From Candidatus Zixiibacteriota bacterium (GTDB lineage: Bacteria > Zixibacteria > MSB-5A5 > UBA10806 > 4484-95), in the NCBI GenBank assembly GCA_037441845.1, contig JBBIRK010000005.1, positions 1-64,000 of the forward strand: a stretch of DNA of 64,000 nucleotides, read 5' to 3'. This document shows positions 49,921 to 60,435 of this stretch, in pieces; position 1 is the first letter of the stretch; each line of letters starts with the position of its first letter. Both the position numbers and the translations under genes were made by a program. The notes below the pieces were generated by a model. The model did not search any database. It worked only from the letters and a program-made list of their open reading frames with translations, and was not told where the DNA came from.

Positions 49921-49942
49921 CACGTCGGATCAATTATCCCGT

Positions 49943-51106
49943 TTACAATTTTTCCACAAAAGCACTGATCTTCTGTAATGCTTTTTCGATATTCTCGACG
50001 GAGTTAGCATAGGAGAATCTCAAATACCCTTCGCCGTAGGCTCCGAACGATGTCCCAGACAAAGCGGCCACTCCGGCTTCATGTAACAATCTATCGGCAA
50101 GCTCGGATGATTTCAGGCCCAGTTTCGTCACGTTGGGAAACACATAAAATGCGCCCTGGGGCATAAGGCAGGAAAATCCCCGAATTTTATTCAATCCGTT
50201 GACGATGACATCGCGTCGCTTACGGAATTCGGCAACCATCCGATTGACCTCGCTTTGATCACCACGCAACGCCTCAACGCCGGCGATCTGCGAAAAACTG
50301 GCGGTGCAGGAATTGCAGTTGGTTTGCAGCTTGGCCACCTGCACGGCGAGGTCTTCCGGCATCACCCCATAACCGAGCCGCCAGCCGGTCATGGCGTAGG
50401 TCTTGGAAAAACCATCGAGCAGCACCGTGCGTTCGGGCATACCCGCAAAGGTCAAGATAGAGTGATGCTTGGCATCGTAGGTGGTCCGCCCGTAAATTTC
50501 ATCTGAAAGAACGTAGATATCGCGCTCAATCGCCAGTTCGGCGATCTGCCTGAGATCATCATAATCGAGCATCGAACCGGTAGGATTGTGCGGCGAATTT
50601 ATGATTATCATGCGGGTTTTAGACGTCACCAACGATTTCAATTCATCGACATCGAGCCGGAATTGGTTTTCCTCTCTCAACCTTACAGCCACCGGCTTCG
50701 CGCCGATAAAATTTATGATCGATTCATAAATCGGGAAGCCCGGATTCGGATAGATGACCTCCTCCCCTTCGTTGACCAACGCCAGAATCGAAAAGAACAT
50801 GATCGGTTTGCCGCCGGGGGTCACCACTACGTTCTCGGGTTTGATCGTCATTCCCCGCGTGCGTTTAATTTCATCGACGATGGCTTTCCGAAGAACGTCC
50901 AATCCTGCTGAAGGGCCGTAATGAGTCCAATGATTGTTAAGCGCCTTTATCGCCTCATCGATAATGTTTCTCGGGGTATCGAAATCCGGTTCGCCTATTT
51001 CGAGATGGATTATTTCCTTCCCCTTAATTTCGAGCTCTTTGGCCCTAGCCAAAACCACGAATGCTGTTTCCGTCCCCAGCCGCGACATCCTGTTTGCAAG
51101 TTTCAT
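49943..51106 (-). CDS. Class I PLP-dependent aminotransferase (aspartate aminotransferase-like)
   Basis: IGEPDF, NSPHNPTG, SDEIY and GFSKTYAMTGWRLG motifs. Confidence 0.93.
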   Translation of the reverse strand: MKLANRMSRLGTETAFVVLARAKELEIKGKEIIHLEIGEPDFDTPRNIIDEAIKALNNHWTHYGPSAGLDVLRKAIVDEIKRTRGMTIKPENVVVTPGGKPIMFFSILALVNEGEEVIYPNPGFPIYESIINFIGAKPVAVRLREENQFRLDVDELKSLVTSKTRMIIINSPHNPTGSMLDYDDLRQIAELAIERDIYVLSDEIYGRTTYDAKHHSILTFAGMPERTVLLDGFSKTYAMTGWRLGYGVMPEDLAVQVAKLQTNCNSCTASFSQIAGVEALRGDQSEVNRMVAEFRKRRDVIVNGLNKIRGFSCLMPQGAFYVFPNVTKLGLKSSELADRLLHEAGVAALSGTSFGAYGEGYLRFSYANSVENIEKALQKISAFVEKL

Positions 51107-51189
51107 CTGTTACCTTTCATTTGCCACTGATTCGAGGTGACGTTCGCCGATATGTTCGGTCCTCCAATCACTCTTATACCCAACGCATA

Positions 51190-51218
51190 AAAATAATCCC
51201 GAACGATTGTAAAGTCAA
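51190..51218 (-). promoter_or_regulatory. Possible aminotransferase promoter
   Basis: TTGACT, 17 nt spacer, TATTTT. Confidence 0.45.
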
Positions 51219-51277
51219 CCTTCATCACCGAGGAAGCACGGCGGATAAGCGGATTTTTTCCGAACGAAGAAAATATG

Positions 51278-51646
51278 TCAGATTTCAGTGATGCGCCTTT
51301 CCGCTTTCAATTGGGCGAAGCCGCCGATCAGAAGAATCAGCGATAGCGCAATATGGGTAATCGCCAGCGGCTGCATGCCGGAGTTTACTTTTCCGACGAT
51401 AAGCTCCAGACCGAACACTCCGACCGCGGCCAAACCGATCGCCAGCAGGGCTATGACTTTCCAGTGCGCCCAGCGGGATAGATAAATGCTCATGAATACC
51501 ATGTACCCGAGCGCAATCAAAAAAGGCCAATGCGATGAAAGTTCAACTCCGATAGTGCTGATATTCACGGCCAAAAACAGCAATACGAAACTGTTGAATC
51601 CCAGCCAAAATTTAGCCGCAAAATGCGCCGACTTGCCTTTAACCAT
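51278..51646 (-). CDS. Hypothetical 4-TM membrane protein
   Basis: RBS GGAGG; four hydrophobic segments. Confidence 0.7.
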   Translation of the reverse strand: MVKGKSAHFAAKFWLGFNSFVLLFLAVNISTIGVELSSHWPFLIALGYMVFMSIYLSRWAHWKVIALLAIGLAAVGVFGLELIVGKVNSGMQPLAITHIALSLILLIGGFAQLKAERRITEI

Positions 51647-51738
51647 TCGGATCCTCCGTATTTTCCATTTGCTTATTTCTCACAATCCGTCAATCACGGT
51701 GGACAATCTCAATTTCGGCATATTTCCGCGCCGAGAAT

Positions 51739-52356
51739 TCAACATAGCTCGATATTCGATCTGCGGATTAGCTTCACGATATCGCCGACCGAACTTTTCA
51801 ACTTATCGATACCACCGTCATTTTTTACGACCCAATCGGCCAGGGCGTTCTTATCCCTTTGCGGCATCTGGACCTTGATTCTCCGTCTAAGCTGCCCCGG
51901 TCGGATTCCTGATTCAGCGCATCTTGCCAATCTAAGTTTCAACGGCGCATCCACCGAAATAATGTAGTCGAACCAATCGGCTATACCCCATTCGAATATC
52001 AACGCCGCCTCCACGACGATCATCTCTTGCGATTTATCCCATTTCAGGCGATTTACCCGCCGCCTCAGCTCCCGCAATAACGGCGGGTGTACGATCGCAT
52101 TGAATTTCGCCAATAGATCGCAATCGGCGAAAACGATTCCGGCGATTATACCCCTATTCGGAGCCCCATCTATGCCGAATACCTCGCCGCCCAGAAGTTT
52201 TTTTACCGATTGCTTTACGCGGCGGTTCCGCTCGAGCAACTCGTGGCCGATTTTATCCGCCGAGACGACAGCGGCTCCGAATTTGCGCAACATTTCGGCA
52301 ACCGTCGTTTTGCCTACAGCCGGTCCCCCGGTCAATCCGATCGTCTGTGCTTTCAA
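51739..52356 (-). CDS. coaE: Dephospho-CoA kinase
   Basis: GLTGGPAVGKT, ADKIGH, IVHP, EAALIFE and QMP motifs; follows polA. Confidence 0.92.
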   Translation of the reverse strand: MKAQTIGLTGGPAVGKTTVAEMLRKFGAAVVSADKIGHELLERNRRVKQSVKKLLGGEVFGIDGAPNRGIIAGIVFADCDLLAKFNAIVHPPLLRELRRRVNRLKWDKSQEMIVVEAALIFEWGIADWFDYIISVDAPLKLRLARCAESGIRPGQLRRRIKVQMPQRDKNALADWVVKNDGGIDKLKSSVGDIVKLIRRSNIELC

Positions 52357-52374
52357 ACCGACACCCTTATTCCC

Positions 52375-55062
52375 CTAATGCGCTTCAAACCAATTATCCC
52401 CTTCGCCTATATCGACTCTTATAGGCACCTTCAGTTCGAGCGCACCCTCCATTTCTTTTTTCACCATATTTTGCAGATACTCTCTTTCGTCTAATTTTTG
52501 TTCGAACACCAGTTCATCATGAACCTGGAGAATCATTCTGGATAGTTTCCGATCGCGATTCAAATTTGCGGCGATTCGGATCATGGCGATTTTTATCAAA
52601 TCCGCCGCCGTGCCCTGAATCGGAGTATTGATGGCCGTCCTTTCGGCGAACTCCCGCGCCTGCCTCGAATCGGAATTAATATCGGGCAGATAGCGCCGTC
52701 TTCTCAACAAAGTTTCGACGAAACCCTTACGCCTGGCGGATTCTTTGATATCCTCCATGTATTTCTTGACTCCCGGATAGCGGTCGAAATAGGCGTTTAT
52801 ATAATCCTGCGCGCCCTTCACGCTGAGTTCGGATTGACGGGATAAACCAAAGGCACTGACTCCATAGATAATAGCGAAATTGGCGGTTTTCGCCGAACGC
52901 CTCATCGAATCCGTGACATCCTCGAGTTTAACCCCATAAACCTCTGCGGCCGTGCGCCGGTGTATATCCTCGCCTCTGCGGAACGACTCGATTAATGCTT
53001 CGTCTCCGGCGAAATGGGCCATCAGGCGAAGCTCGATTTGGGAATAGTCGGCCGACATCAGGTTATGCCCGGGCGAGGCAACGAACGCGCGGCGGATCTC
53101 CCTGCCTTCCTCGGTGCGGATCGGGATATTCTGCAGATTAGGATCCGACGACGACAGGCGACCGGTGACGGTCACCGTTTGATTGAAGTTGGTATGCACC
53201 CGACCAGTCACCGGATTTATCAACTTCGGCAAAGCGTCGATATATGTCGATTTCAACTTGGCAAGCTGTCGATAATCGAGAACGAGTTTCGGCACCGGAT
53301 GAATCAACGCCAACTTTTCGAGCACACCCACGTCGGTAGACTTTTCGCCGCCTTTGGCCGTTTTGCGAACCGATTGGAGGTTCAGCCGGTCGAATAATAC
53401 CCTGCGTAACTGCACCGGCGAATTGATATTGAATTCGAAACCCACATCATGATAGATCTGCTGCTCGATCGATAACATTTTTTCGGCGTATTCTTTCGAT
53501 AGCCGGCCTAAAACCTCACAATCGATGGCTACTCCCGCCCTCTCCATGTCGCCGAGAACCGGCAACAGGCGCATTTCCAGATCGAAAAATAGCCGGTCGA
53601 GAGATTGTTCTTCCAGACGGCTAAGCAAGACCTTTTTCAAGCGAAGCGCCATATCGGCGTCGGCGCCCGAATATGTCGTTGCCTTATCGATCGGCACATT
53701 GCGGAAAGATACCTGTTTGGCGCCGGTTCCTATGAGTTCGGTAATCGGCTGCATCTTATGACCGAAAATTTCCTCGACAAGACTCGCCAAACCGTGCGAT
53801 CTCCTCCCCGGATCGAGCACATAGGATGCGAGCATCGTATCGAAAAAGATCTCCTTGATTTCCGTCGAGTGATTGCCGAACACTTGTCGATCGAATTTCA
53901 AGTTGTGGCCGATCAGTCGCGGGGAACTTCGGAAGAAGTTGTCAAATAGGCTGAGCGTTTCGGCCAAAGGCAGATTCCCGGAAATGTTTTCATGTCCCAC
54001 CGGAATGTACCAAGCCCGCCCTTCATCGTAAGCTATCGCCACCCCCACCAATTTCGCCCGCATCGGATCGAGGTCGCTGGTCTCGGTATCGATTGCGCAC
54101 TCGCCGGCTCCGGCCGCGGATTCGAGAACGGATTTCAACTCTTCCAAATCGCCGACCGATCTATACTCGGCTGGGGCGCCGACAGGTTCGAGCGTAGGCC
54201 CGGCGCTATCCGCGATTTTGCCCATCAACGCATTGAATTCGAACCTCTTAAAAAGTGCGGCGAGTTTGGCTTTATCCGGCTGCTTCGTTTCGAATCTGGC
54301 GGGATCGAATTCAATGTTCATATTCTGGTCGATCGTTGCCAGCCGATAAGAGAGCCTGGCCAATTCGGCGTTCGCCGCAACCGCATCGGCGATTTTTTTC
54401 TTTTTTATCTTAGATGCGGATGCGATGACTTCGTCAAGCCCACCGAATTCTTTGATGAGCTCGAGTGCGGTTTTTTCGCCGACACCGGGAATTCCCGGGA
54501 TGTTGTCGGAATGATCTCCCATCAGGGCCAGATAATCCACGATCTTTTCCGGAGGTATCCCCATTTTTTCGATAACCGCCGCCGAATCGTACCACTGAAG
54601 CGTTTTGGGGTCGAGGATTTGTATGTTTTCGTTTACCAGTTGATAGTAATCCTTGTCCCCGGTGAAAATGCCGACATTGAAACCCGCATTTGCGGCTTTC
54701 ACCGCGAGAGTGCCTATCACGTCATCGGCCTCGAAACCCGGCATCTCGATAACCTGAATGTTGAAAGCGTCGAGTATTTCTTTTATCCAAGGCAACGAAT
54801 CGACCAAATCTTCCGGCATCTTGGCCCGCGTCGATTTATAATCGGCATACAATTCATGGCGGAATGTGGGCGTGGGCGTATCAAAAACGCACGCGATATA
54901 ATCCGGCTGAGTCTTTTCCAACAATCGAAAAAGCGACGAAGTGAACCCATAAACCGCTCCGGTGTTCTCCCCCCTCGAATTGATAAGCGGATTGCGGATA
55001 AAGGCGAAATAGCTGCGATAAGCGAGCGCCGAGCCGTCGATTAATATCAGTCTTTTTTTCAT
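52375..55062 (-). CDS. polA: DNA polymerase I
   Basis: 5'-3' exonuclease LIDG/EADD, 3'-5' exonuclease DTET, TGRLSS, ADYSQIELR and QVHDE motifs. Confidence 0.98.
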   Translation of the reverse strand: MKKRLILIDGSALAYRSYFAFIRNPLINSRGENTGAVYGFTSSLFRLLEKTQPDYIACVFDTPTPTFRHELYADYKSTRAKMPEDLVDSLPWIKEILDAFNIQVIEMPGFEADDVIGTLAVKAANAGFNVGIFTGDKDYYQLVNENIQILDPKTLQWYDSAAVIEKMGIPPEKIVDYLALMGDHSDNIPGIPGVGEKTALELIKEFGGLDEVIASASKIKKKKIADAVAANAELARLSYRLATIDQNMNIEFDPARFETKQPDKAKLAALFKRFEFNALMGKIADSAGPTLEPVGAPAEYRSVGDLEELKSVLESAAGAGECAIDTETSDLDPMRAKLVGVAIAYDEGRAWYIPVGHENISGNLPLAETLSLFDNFFRSSPRLIGHNLKFDRQVFGNHSTEIKEIFFDTMLASYVLDPGRRSHGLASLVEEIFGHKMQPITELIGTGAKQVSFRNVPIDKATTYSGADADMALRLKKVLLSRLEEQSLDRLFFDLEMRLLPVLGDMERAGVAIDCEVLGRLSKEYAEKMLSIEQQIYHDVGFEFNINSPVQLRRVLFDRLNLQSVRKTAKGGEKSTDVGVLEKLALIHPVPKLVLDYRQLAKLKSTYIDALPKLINPVTGRVHTNFNQTVTVTGRLSSSDPNLQNIPIRTEEGREIRRAFVASPGHNLMSADYSQIELRLMAHFAGDEALIESFRRGEDIHRRTAAEVYGVKLEDVTDSMRRSAKTANFAIIYGVSAFGLSRQSELSVKGAQDYINAYFDRYPGVKKYMEDIKESARRKGFVETLLRRRRYLPDINSDSRQAREFAERTAINTPIQGTAADLIKIAMIRIAANLNRDRKLSRMILQVHDELVFEQKLDEREYLQNMVKKEMEGALELKVPIRVDIGEGDNWFEAH

Positions 55063-55649
55063 TTTCGATAAAGACCGTGAGTTTTGATGAAATCCTCGAC
55101 CGAAGTCGGGACAAGATAGCGTATCGGTCTACCGTCCCTAACCCGATTTCTGATTTCGGAAGACGAAATGTCGATCTCGGGAATATCGAATATCTGAATT
55201 TTATCGGCGAATCGCCCGGCTGGTCTATACCCTTTACGGTTGGCCGCAACCACCCGGCAGTGAGCGAAAATCTCCTCGGGCTCTTTCCAGTTGTCCATAT
55301 CGGCCGCGTTATCGGCGCCGATTATGAGATACAGGCTCGATTCGGGAAATTCCCTTTCCAATGCGCGGATCGTATCGATAGTGTATGACAGACCCCCCCG
55401 GTCGATTTCGATTTCGGAGATGGTGAATCGAGGATCGCCGGCGATGGCAAGGCGAAGCATCTCCAATCTTAATTCCGAGGGGGTGATCGGCCTTTCTTGT
55501 TTGTGCGGTTGGATAAAGGCCGGAATGAATATGACCTTGTCTAAGTTTAGCGACTCGCAGGCAGCCTGAGCGAGAAGGAGATGCCCCAGATGGGGGGGAT
55601 CGAAAGTGCCGCCGAGCAAACCAATAGTTGGCTTTTCAGCCAGCGACAC
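55059..55649 (-). CDS. nadD: Nicotinate-nucleotide adenylyltransferase
   Basis: GGTFDPPHLGH, SYTIDT, IIGAD and ISSSEIR motifs. Confidence 0.96.
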   Translation of the reverse strand: MSLAEKPTIGLLGGTFDPPHLGHLLLAQAACESLNLDKVIFIPAFIQPHKQERPITPSELRLEMLRLAIAGDPRFTISEIEIDRGGLSYTIDTIRALEREFPESSLYLIIGADNAADMDNWKEPEEIFAHCRVVAANRKGYRPAGRFADKIQIFDIPEIDISSSEIRNRVRDGRPIRYLVPTSVEDFIKTHGLYRK

Positions 55650-56391
55650 TGGAATCGTTCCTCAATTTTTCGAGCATTCGGCGCGCCTTGGCAGCCAATT
55701 TATGATCGGGAAAACCATCGGCAAATGCCTTCAAAGTCTGAATCCCTTCGCTTTTGCTGCCCATTCTAATCTGCGTTTCGCCCGTATAATATATCGCTTC
55801 GACCGCCCAAGGAGTGGCCGGGTGATTGTCCCGCACGTTCCAGAAATAAAGCAATGCCGGTCGATAGTCGCCGTTTTTAAGATATAGAATTCCGGTCATG
55901 AATTTTTTCTGCGCCAGCTTCGAATCGAGTTCGGCCAGCTTGCGTCTGGCGTCTTCGTTATAGGGTGAAATGGGATAGTTGCTCAAGAGTTGTTGGAACG
56001 CCTCGATAGCCATGAACGTCTCGGATTGGTCGAGCTGATATTTCGGCGACATCTTGAAATGGCAACAGGCAAGATAGTATTGCGAATCATCAGCGAATTC
56101 CGATTGCGGGTAACTTTGCAAAAGTCTCTTATATTCTCCGATCGCCTCGGGGTAATCCTTTTGATTGTAGTAGCACATGGCGAGGTAAAATTGCGCCGAA
56201 TCTATTACTATATTGCCCGGATAGGCATATATCAGCTTTTCGAATTCAGGCAGCGCTTTATGGTATTTTTTGCCGTCGTAATATCTTTTCGCAAGCGCGA
56301 ACTGTTCTTGAGCGGGGAGCACCGGCACCGGTTTGGGCGAGCAGGCCAAAATCATTACCAGCGCCGTTCCTATCACCGAAATCTTACGCAA
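55636..56391 (-). CDS. bamD: Outer-membrane protein assembly factor BamD (TPR lipoprotein)
   Basis: Lipobox ILAC; TPR repeats; LDQSET..AI..FQ and LAQK motifs. Confidence 0.85.
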   Translation of the reverse strand: MRKISVIGTALVMILACSPKPVPVLPAQEQFALAKRYYDGKKYHKALPEFEKLIYAYPGNIVIDSAQFYLAMCYYNQKDYPEAIGEYKRLLQSYPQSEFADDSQYYLACCHFKMSPKYQLDQSETFMAIEAFQQLLSNYPISPYNEDARRKLAELDSKLAQKKFMTGILYLKNGDYRPALLYFWNVRDNHPATPWAVEAIYYTGETQIRMGSKSEGIQTLKAFADGFPDHKLAAKARRMLEKLRNDSSVAG

Positions 56392-56404
56392 ACGCCACTC
56401 CTTC

Positions 56405-57019
56405 TTATCTGCTGTTGAAAAAAAGAAACACCAACGCTCCGACCGCTGAGATAACCACTGCCGGCTCCAGGTATCTTCCGGCTCCCGACATGAACAGCTC
56501 GGGGTTCAACTCCTTATATTTACGACTGGCGACATAGTTCGCCTCTTGGTAGCGGATCGTGTCGGAAAAATCGAACCCGCGATAACCTATAAAATTGACC
56601 GGACCCAGCAGGCTCACGTATATTTGCCCCCGAAGATGACGGCGGATATCAGGACTTTTCAAAATCCCTCGGGAACCGGCTTTTTCATAGGTGAAACGAA
56701 AAGCGCTGATACGAATTTTGCTCTCGTACTCCTCGGATGCGATAAAGGAATCGGTTACGCCCGATATGACCCATCCGGCTTTCACCATGGCGGCGGTAAA
56801 CGCCTCGGCGGCCAGCTCGTCTATTCCCGGCTCCCGCACGACCCGCATGCGCCCGGGAGTCAGTTTCAAGCTGTCGACCACCGAGGATACGGCTTGTCCG
56901 ACGGCGCGGGAAAAAATAAACTCATTGGATGGTGGTTCGGCATACACCGGAATCAATCCGAACATGAGAATCAGGAAAACCGCAATGAAGATCGGGCTAT
57001 TGAATCGACGCCTCTCCAT
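56405..57019 (-). CDS. Hypothetical exported protein with C-terminal membrane anchor
   Basis: N-terminal signal; C-terminal LEPAVVISAVGALVFLFFNSR; sits within the operon. Confidence 0.7.
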   Translation of the reverse strand: MERRRFNSPIFIAVFLILMFGLIPVYAEPPSNEFIFSRAVGQAVSSVVDSLKLTPGRMRVVREPGIDELAAEAFTAAMVKAGWVISGVTDSFIASEEYESKIRISAFRFTYEKAGSRGILKSPDIRRHLRGQIYVSLLGPVNFIGYRGFDFSDTIRYQEANYVASRKYKELNPELFMSGAGRYLEPAVVISAVGALVFLFFNSR

Positions 57020-57662
57020 ACCTGCTTTTCAGTTCGCGGTAATTATCCAACACTCGATGGTAAAATCCGAGGGGCGGCTCGGCGTTATAATAATTATATT
57101 CGCCGACGAGTGACTCGCCCATGTTGTAGGCCAGCAAGCCATGTTTAAGGCTTTTGAATTTCAGTATCAAATCGAACAGGTAATTGACTCCGAGCCGAAC
57201 ATTCAATGCCGGATTGTATAAATCAATACCATCGAGCAAGTCAATACCGTTTTTTCTGGCCACGGCTTGAGCGGTCGTAGGCATAAGCTGCATCAAACCC
57301 ATCGCCCCATACTCGGAAATCTGATGCTTTCTGAATGAGCTTTCCGTCACTATCAGGGCAAGAATCAGATACGGATCGAACATGAAACGTTTGCTTTCCT
57401 CATATATGATATCGGCCACCTGAACCACTTCCCCCGAGGTAAGCCCGCGCTGATACTGCTCTATCGCGTTTATCAGCATCAATCTTTCTTTCAATTCCTT
57501 GATCGTGGCGTCGCGTTCGGCGATAGCTTGTTTCTGCCGCCCATATTCCCGGAATAGATAATGCACGGCCACCGATTCGGCCAATACCATGATAAGCAAA
57601 AAGACTATCAACACCCCTTTGAAAGTGATTTTGAAACGAATCGCCTTAGCTGCCTTAATCAT
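56997..57662 (-). CDS. Membrane-anchored lytic transglycosylase (SLT domain)
   Basis: TM helix and coiled coil; ESSF, GAMGLMQLMP and AYNMG motifs. Confidence 0.9.
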   Translation of the reverse strand: MIKAAKAIRFKITFKGVLIVFLLIMVLAESVAVHYLFREYGRQKQAIAERDATIKELKERLMLINAIEQYQRGLTSGEVVQVADIIYEESKRFMFDPYLILALIVTESSFRKHQISEYGAMGLMQLMPTTAQAVARKNGIDLLDGIDLYNPALNVRLGVNYLFDLILKFKSLKHGLLAYNMGESLVGEYNYYNAEPPLGFYHRVLDNYRELKSRYGEASIQ

Positions 57663-58932
57663 AGAACACTCCCTGGTTAAGGTCGCTTATCTTGATCATT
57701 TTGAAAGATCCGGGGCTTATGCCCTTCTTGCGCCCGACCAGATAATATCCGTCTATTTCAGGCGCCTGCCTGTGAGAACGGACCTCGAATTGCCTCGGAT
57801 CGTCCGCCGATATCGAATCGATCAAAACCCGCTCTATTCTCCCTATCCGGGCTCTTTCGATCTCCTCGGTGATCCTCGAGGTAGTCTCGATCAGCAATTC
57901 CTGACGCTCCTGCACCAGTTCCGGATCGATGCGGCCCTCAAGCCAGGAAGCCACCGTTCCATTCTCGGGACTGAAAGCGAACACGCCTACATGGTCGAAC
58001 CGTATTTCCTCGGCAAAATCGATCAGCATCCGAAAATCATCATCGCTTTCACCGGGGAATCCAACCATCAGGCTTGTTCTTAAAGATAATTCATTATCGA
58101 AATTCCGCAACCATTTTATTCGATCGCGGATCATTCGCGAGGTCGAGGCGCGGTTCATCCGTTTTAAAATTTTATCCGAGATATGCTGAATAGGCAAATC
58201 CAAATATCGACACACTTTTTTGCAGGAAAACGCTTTCTCCAACAGCTTTTCGTTAAGATGCGCCGGATGGGCGTACATCAGTCGGATCCATTCGATACGG
58301 TCGATGGCGGCGATTTCCCTACAGATATCGGCCATATCGAAATTCCCGCCGAGATCGGTTCCATAAAGAGTGCTGTCTTGCGCCACGAGTATGATTTCCT
58401 TTACTCCTTGCTCCGCAAGATAAGCCGCATCCTCGATAATCGAGGATAAGCTTGCGCTTCTATAACCGCCGCGGATCGAGGGAATTCGGCAATAGGCGCA
58501 ATGGTTATCGCAGCCGTCGGCTATTTTCACGTAGGCGAAATAAGATTCAGGTGAGACGCGCCGCGGTTTGACGGGATGATGACAGGCGCCGGTGCGGGCG
58601 GCCAGGTAATCGAATAATTCATCATAACGATCGAAAGGAACCGCCTTGGAAATCCCCGGAATTTCCGATTCGACCTCGGGAAGCGCCGGGTAACAACCGA
58701 CCAAAATGATTTCAGCCGATCTCTTGATTCCGCTTTTGATCATCGCCTCTATTTCACCTCTCGTTTCCAGCCTGGCCGATTCGATGAAAGCGCAAGAATT
58801 GACGAACAGGAAATCGGCCGCGCTCGGCTTCACGGATTCGATCAGCCCGAGCTGCTGAAGCCCGCCTCGCAAATAGTCGCCGTCCACCCGGTTTTTGGGA
58901 CAACCCAGGTTTAGAAAGTAATAACTATTCAT
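57655..58932 (-). CDS. rimO: Ribosomal protein S12 methylthiotransferase RimO
   Basis: LGCPKN, NSCAFI, CDNHCAYC (radical SAM), YAHP, VGFPGE and APEIDG motifs. Confidence 0.93.
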   Translation of the reverse strand: MNSYYFLNLGCPKNRVDGDYLRGGLQQLGLIESVKPSAADFLFVNSCAFIESARLETRGEIEAMIKSGIKRSAEIILVGCYPALPEVESEIPGISKAVPFDRYDELFDYLAARTGACHHPVKPRRVSPESYFAYVKIADGCDNHCAYCRIPSIRGGYRSASLSSIIEDAAYLAEQGVKEIILVAQDSTLYGTDLGGNFDMADICREIAAIDRIEWIRLMYAHPAHLNEKLLEKAFSCKKVCRYLDLPIQHISDKILKRMNRASTSRMIRDRIKWLRNFDNELSLRTSLMVGFPGESDDDFRMLIDFAEEIRFDHVGVFAFSPENGTVASWLEGRIDPELVQERQELLIETTSRITEEIERARIGRIERVLIDSISADDPRQFEVRSHRQAPEIDGYYLVGRKKGISPGSFKMIKISDLNQGVFYD

Positions 58933-59788
58933 TTTCGTTTTTGCTGGTGATTTCGATTTGGGTGTCGATTGCCAAGGGGATTTTACCGGCCCATTCCGCC
59001 GGCAAGCCGAAATCGCCGAGGCCGCCGAAACCGGTAATTTTCAGTTTACATTTGTTACTCATCAACCTGCCCCTTGCCTGATCGAAAACGAGACCGCCGC
59101 TTCCGCTCACACGAAGCTCAGCGTGCACAGGCGAAAATCCGCTAATCAGATATTCAAAAAATATGCCTTTTTTTGCCTTGCTGTTCTTGTTTTCGCTGTA
59201 ATCATAAGTGATTTTAAGGGTTACGGGCAATTTCCCCGACTGGCTTGTCTCCACAACCAGGCTGATTTCCCTTTCCCATTGGACTTCCTTTGCATCCAGC
59301 TCGGAAGGAAATTCGGGTAGAACGAATGCCCAGAACGCCAGAAGATTTTGCGCTTGGGGGTCGGGATCGGAGCCGATTCCTTTGATCTTTCCCTTTCTGG
59401 TCAGCGAAAATTCGCCGCTGTTCCCGGTCCGGAATATGTCCCAGCCCGGTGAATCGACCAAATACAGACTGTCATTGAAGATGTTGACTATGCTGACGCG
59501 CTCAATCGTTCCTCTTACGAGGCCGCTGTTATTATCGAGCCTATTTTGATTCGCAAAACTGAATTCCATCTGGGCGTTCTGACCTATCCGCTTGATGCCA
59601 AGTGCGCTCGCCAACGCCGCATACTGAGCGAAATCCAGCATGCTGCTCGAGATCAACCGGTATTCAGTCGGCTCGGCCGATTTCAAATCGTAGGAAATTT
59701 CGACCGCTGGAGCCAGCGTCGCGTAAACGGCGATCATTAAAACCGACAACAACCGGGGCGCCGCATGCATGGCGGTTTTGCTTGTCAT
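58925..59788 (-). CDS. Hypothetical exported beta-rich protein
   Basis: Signal peptide; overlaps both neighbouring genes; LPEFP and GSGGLVFD...GRL segments. Confidence 0.7.
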   Translation of the reverse strand: MTSKTAMHAAPRLLSVLMIAVYATLAPAVEISYDLKSAEPTEYRLISSSMLDFAQYAALASALGIKRIGQNAQMEFSFANQNRLDNNSGLVRGTIERVSIVNIFNDSLYLVDSPGWDIFRTGNSGEFSLTRKGKIKGIGSDPDPQAQNLLAFWAFVLPEFPSELDAKEVQWEREISLVVETSQSGKLPVTLKITYDYSENKNSKAKKGIFFEYLISGFSPVHAELRVSGSGGLVFDQARGRLMSNKCKLKITGFGGLGDFGLPAEWAGKIPLAIDTQIEITSKNENE

Positions 59789-60432
59789 TCCCTGTCCAGA
59801 TCGATTATCTGAATCCCGGAATTTATTTTTTTATAAAATGCCTGTGCCGGGATTTTTTTCTTGAAAGATTCTTTGCGGAATTCGAGACGGATATGTTGTT
59901 CGTTCGGATCCTTATACTCCGCCCGTCGTAACTTGCCATCGATATCGTAGGTGACCACGACGCTGTCGGGAGCCACGGACCCGTTGATCGCGGTCAGCAA
60001 CACCTTGTTATCCGAAAGACGTTTAATCTCGAAGTTTTCCGAACTACCTGCGATGAAATCCAGCGGGTTCACCGCATATTCGCCGGTGCTTCGTTGAATC
60101 TGCTTATTGCGGGGAACGTAAATCCAAACGGTGTCGCGATGAACGAATATCTCCCGATCGGCCGAAACAATAATCATTTTGTCCGGCTTTTCCACATAAA
60201 ATTTGGCCAGTAAGCTTTCGGGTTCATCAAACAGCCCGGTATCGCTTATCTGCAAAACCTCCCAATAGGCCGTCTTGACGTCGGAATAGCGCGCCTTGAC
60301 CGATAACGGAATCGAACTCGAATCCGTTTCGGATTCTTGCGCATGAACGGCCAATACAGCCACCATCGATATCAGCAAGATCGAGACAAAAGCCATTAAG
60401 TTTCCGTCGTCGATCGGCTTTCCCCAGGTCAT
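59785..60432 (-). CDS. lolA: Outer-membrane lipoprotein carrier LolA-like protein
   Basis: FYVEKPDKM and TVWIYVPRNKQI; directly downstream of ftsK (conserved synteny). Confidence 0.8.
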   Translation of the reverse strand: MTWGKPIDDGNLMAFVSILLISMVAVLAVHAQESETDSSSIPLSVKARYSDVKTAYWEVLQISDTGLFDEPESLLAKFYVEKPDKMIIVSADREIFVHRDTVWIYVPRNKQIQRSTGEYAVNPLDFIAGSSENFEIKRLSDNKVLLTAINGSVAPDSVVVTYDIDGKLRRAEYKDPNEQHIRLEFRKESFKKKIPAQAFYKKINSGIQIIDLDRE

Positions 60433-60435
60433 TTT

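Noticed and set aside
53992..55044. 350-aa plus-strand ORF, and the many similar 60-240 aa ORFs in the track
   Set aside because: Antisense or alternate-frame shadows of polA and other well-supported genes
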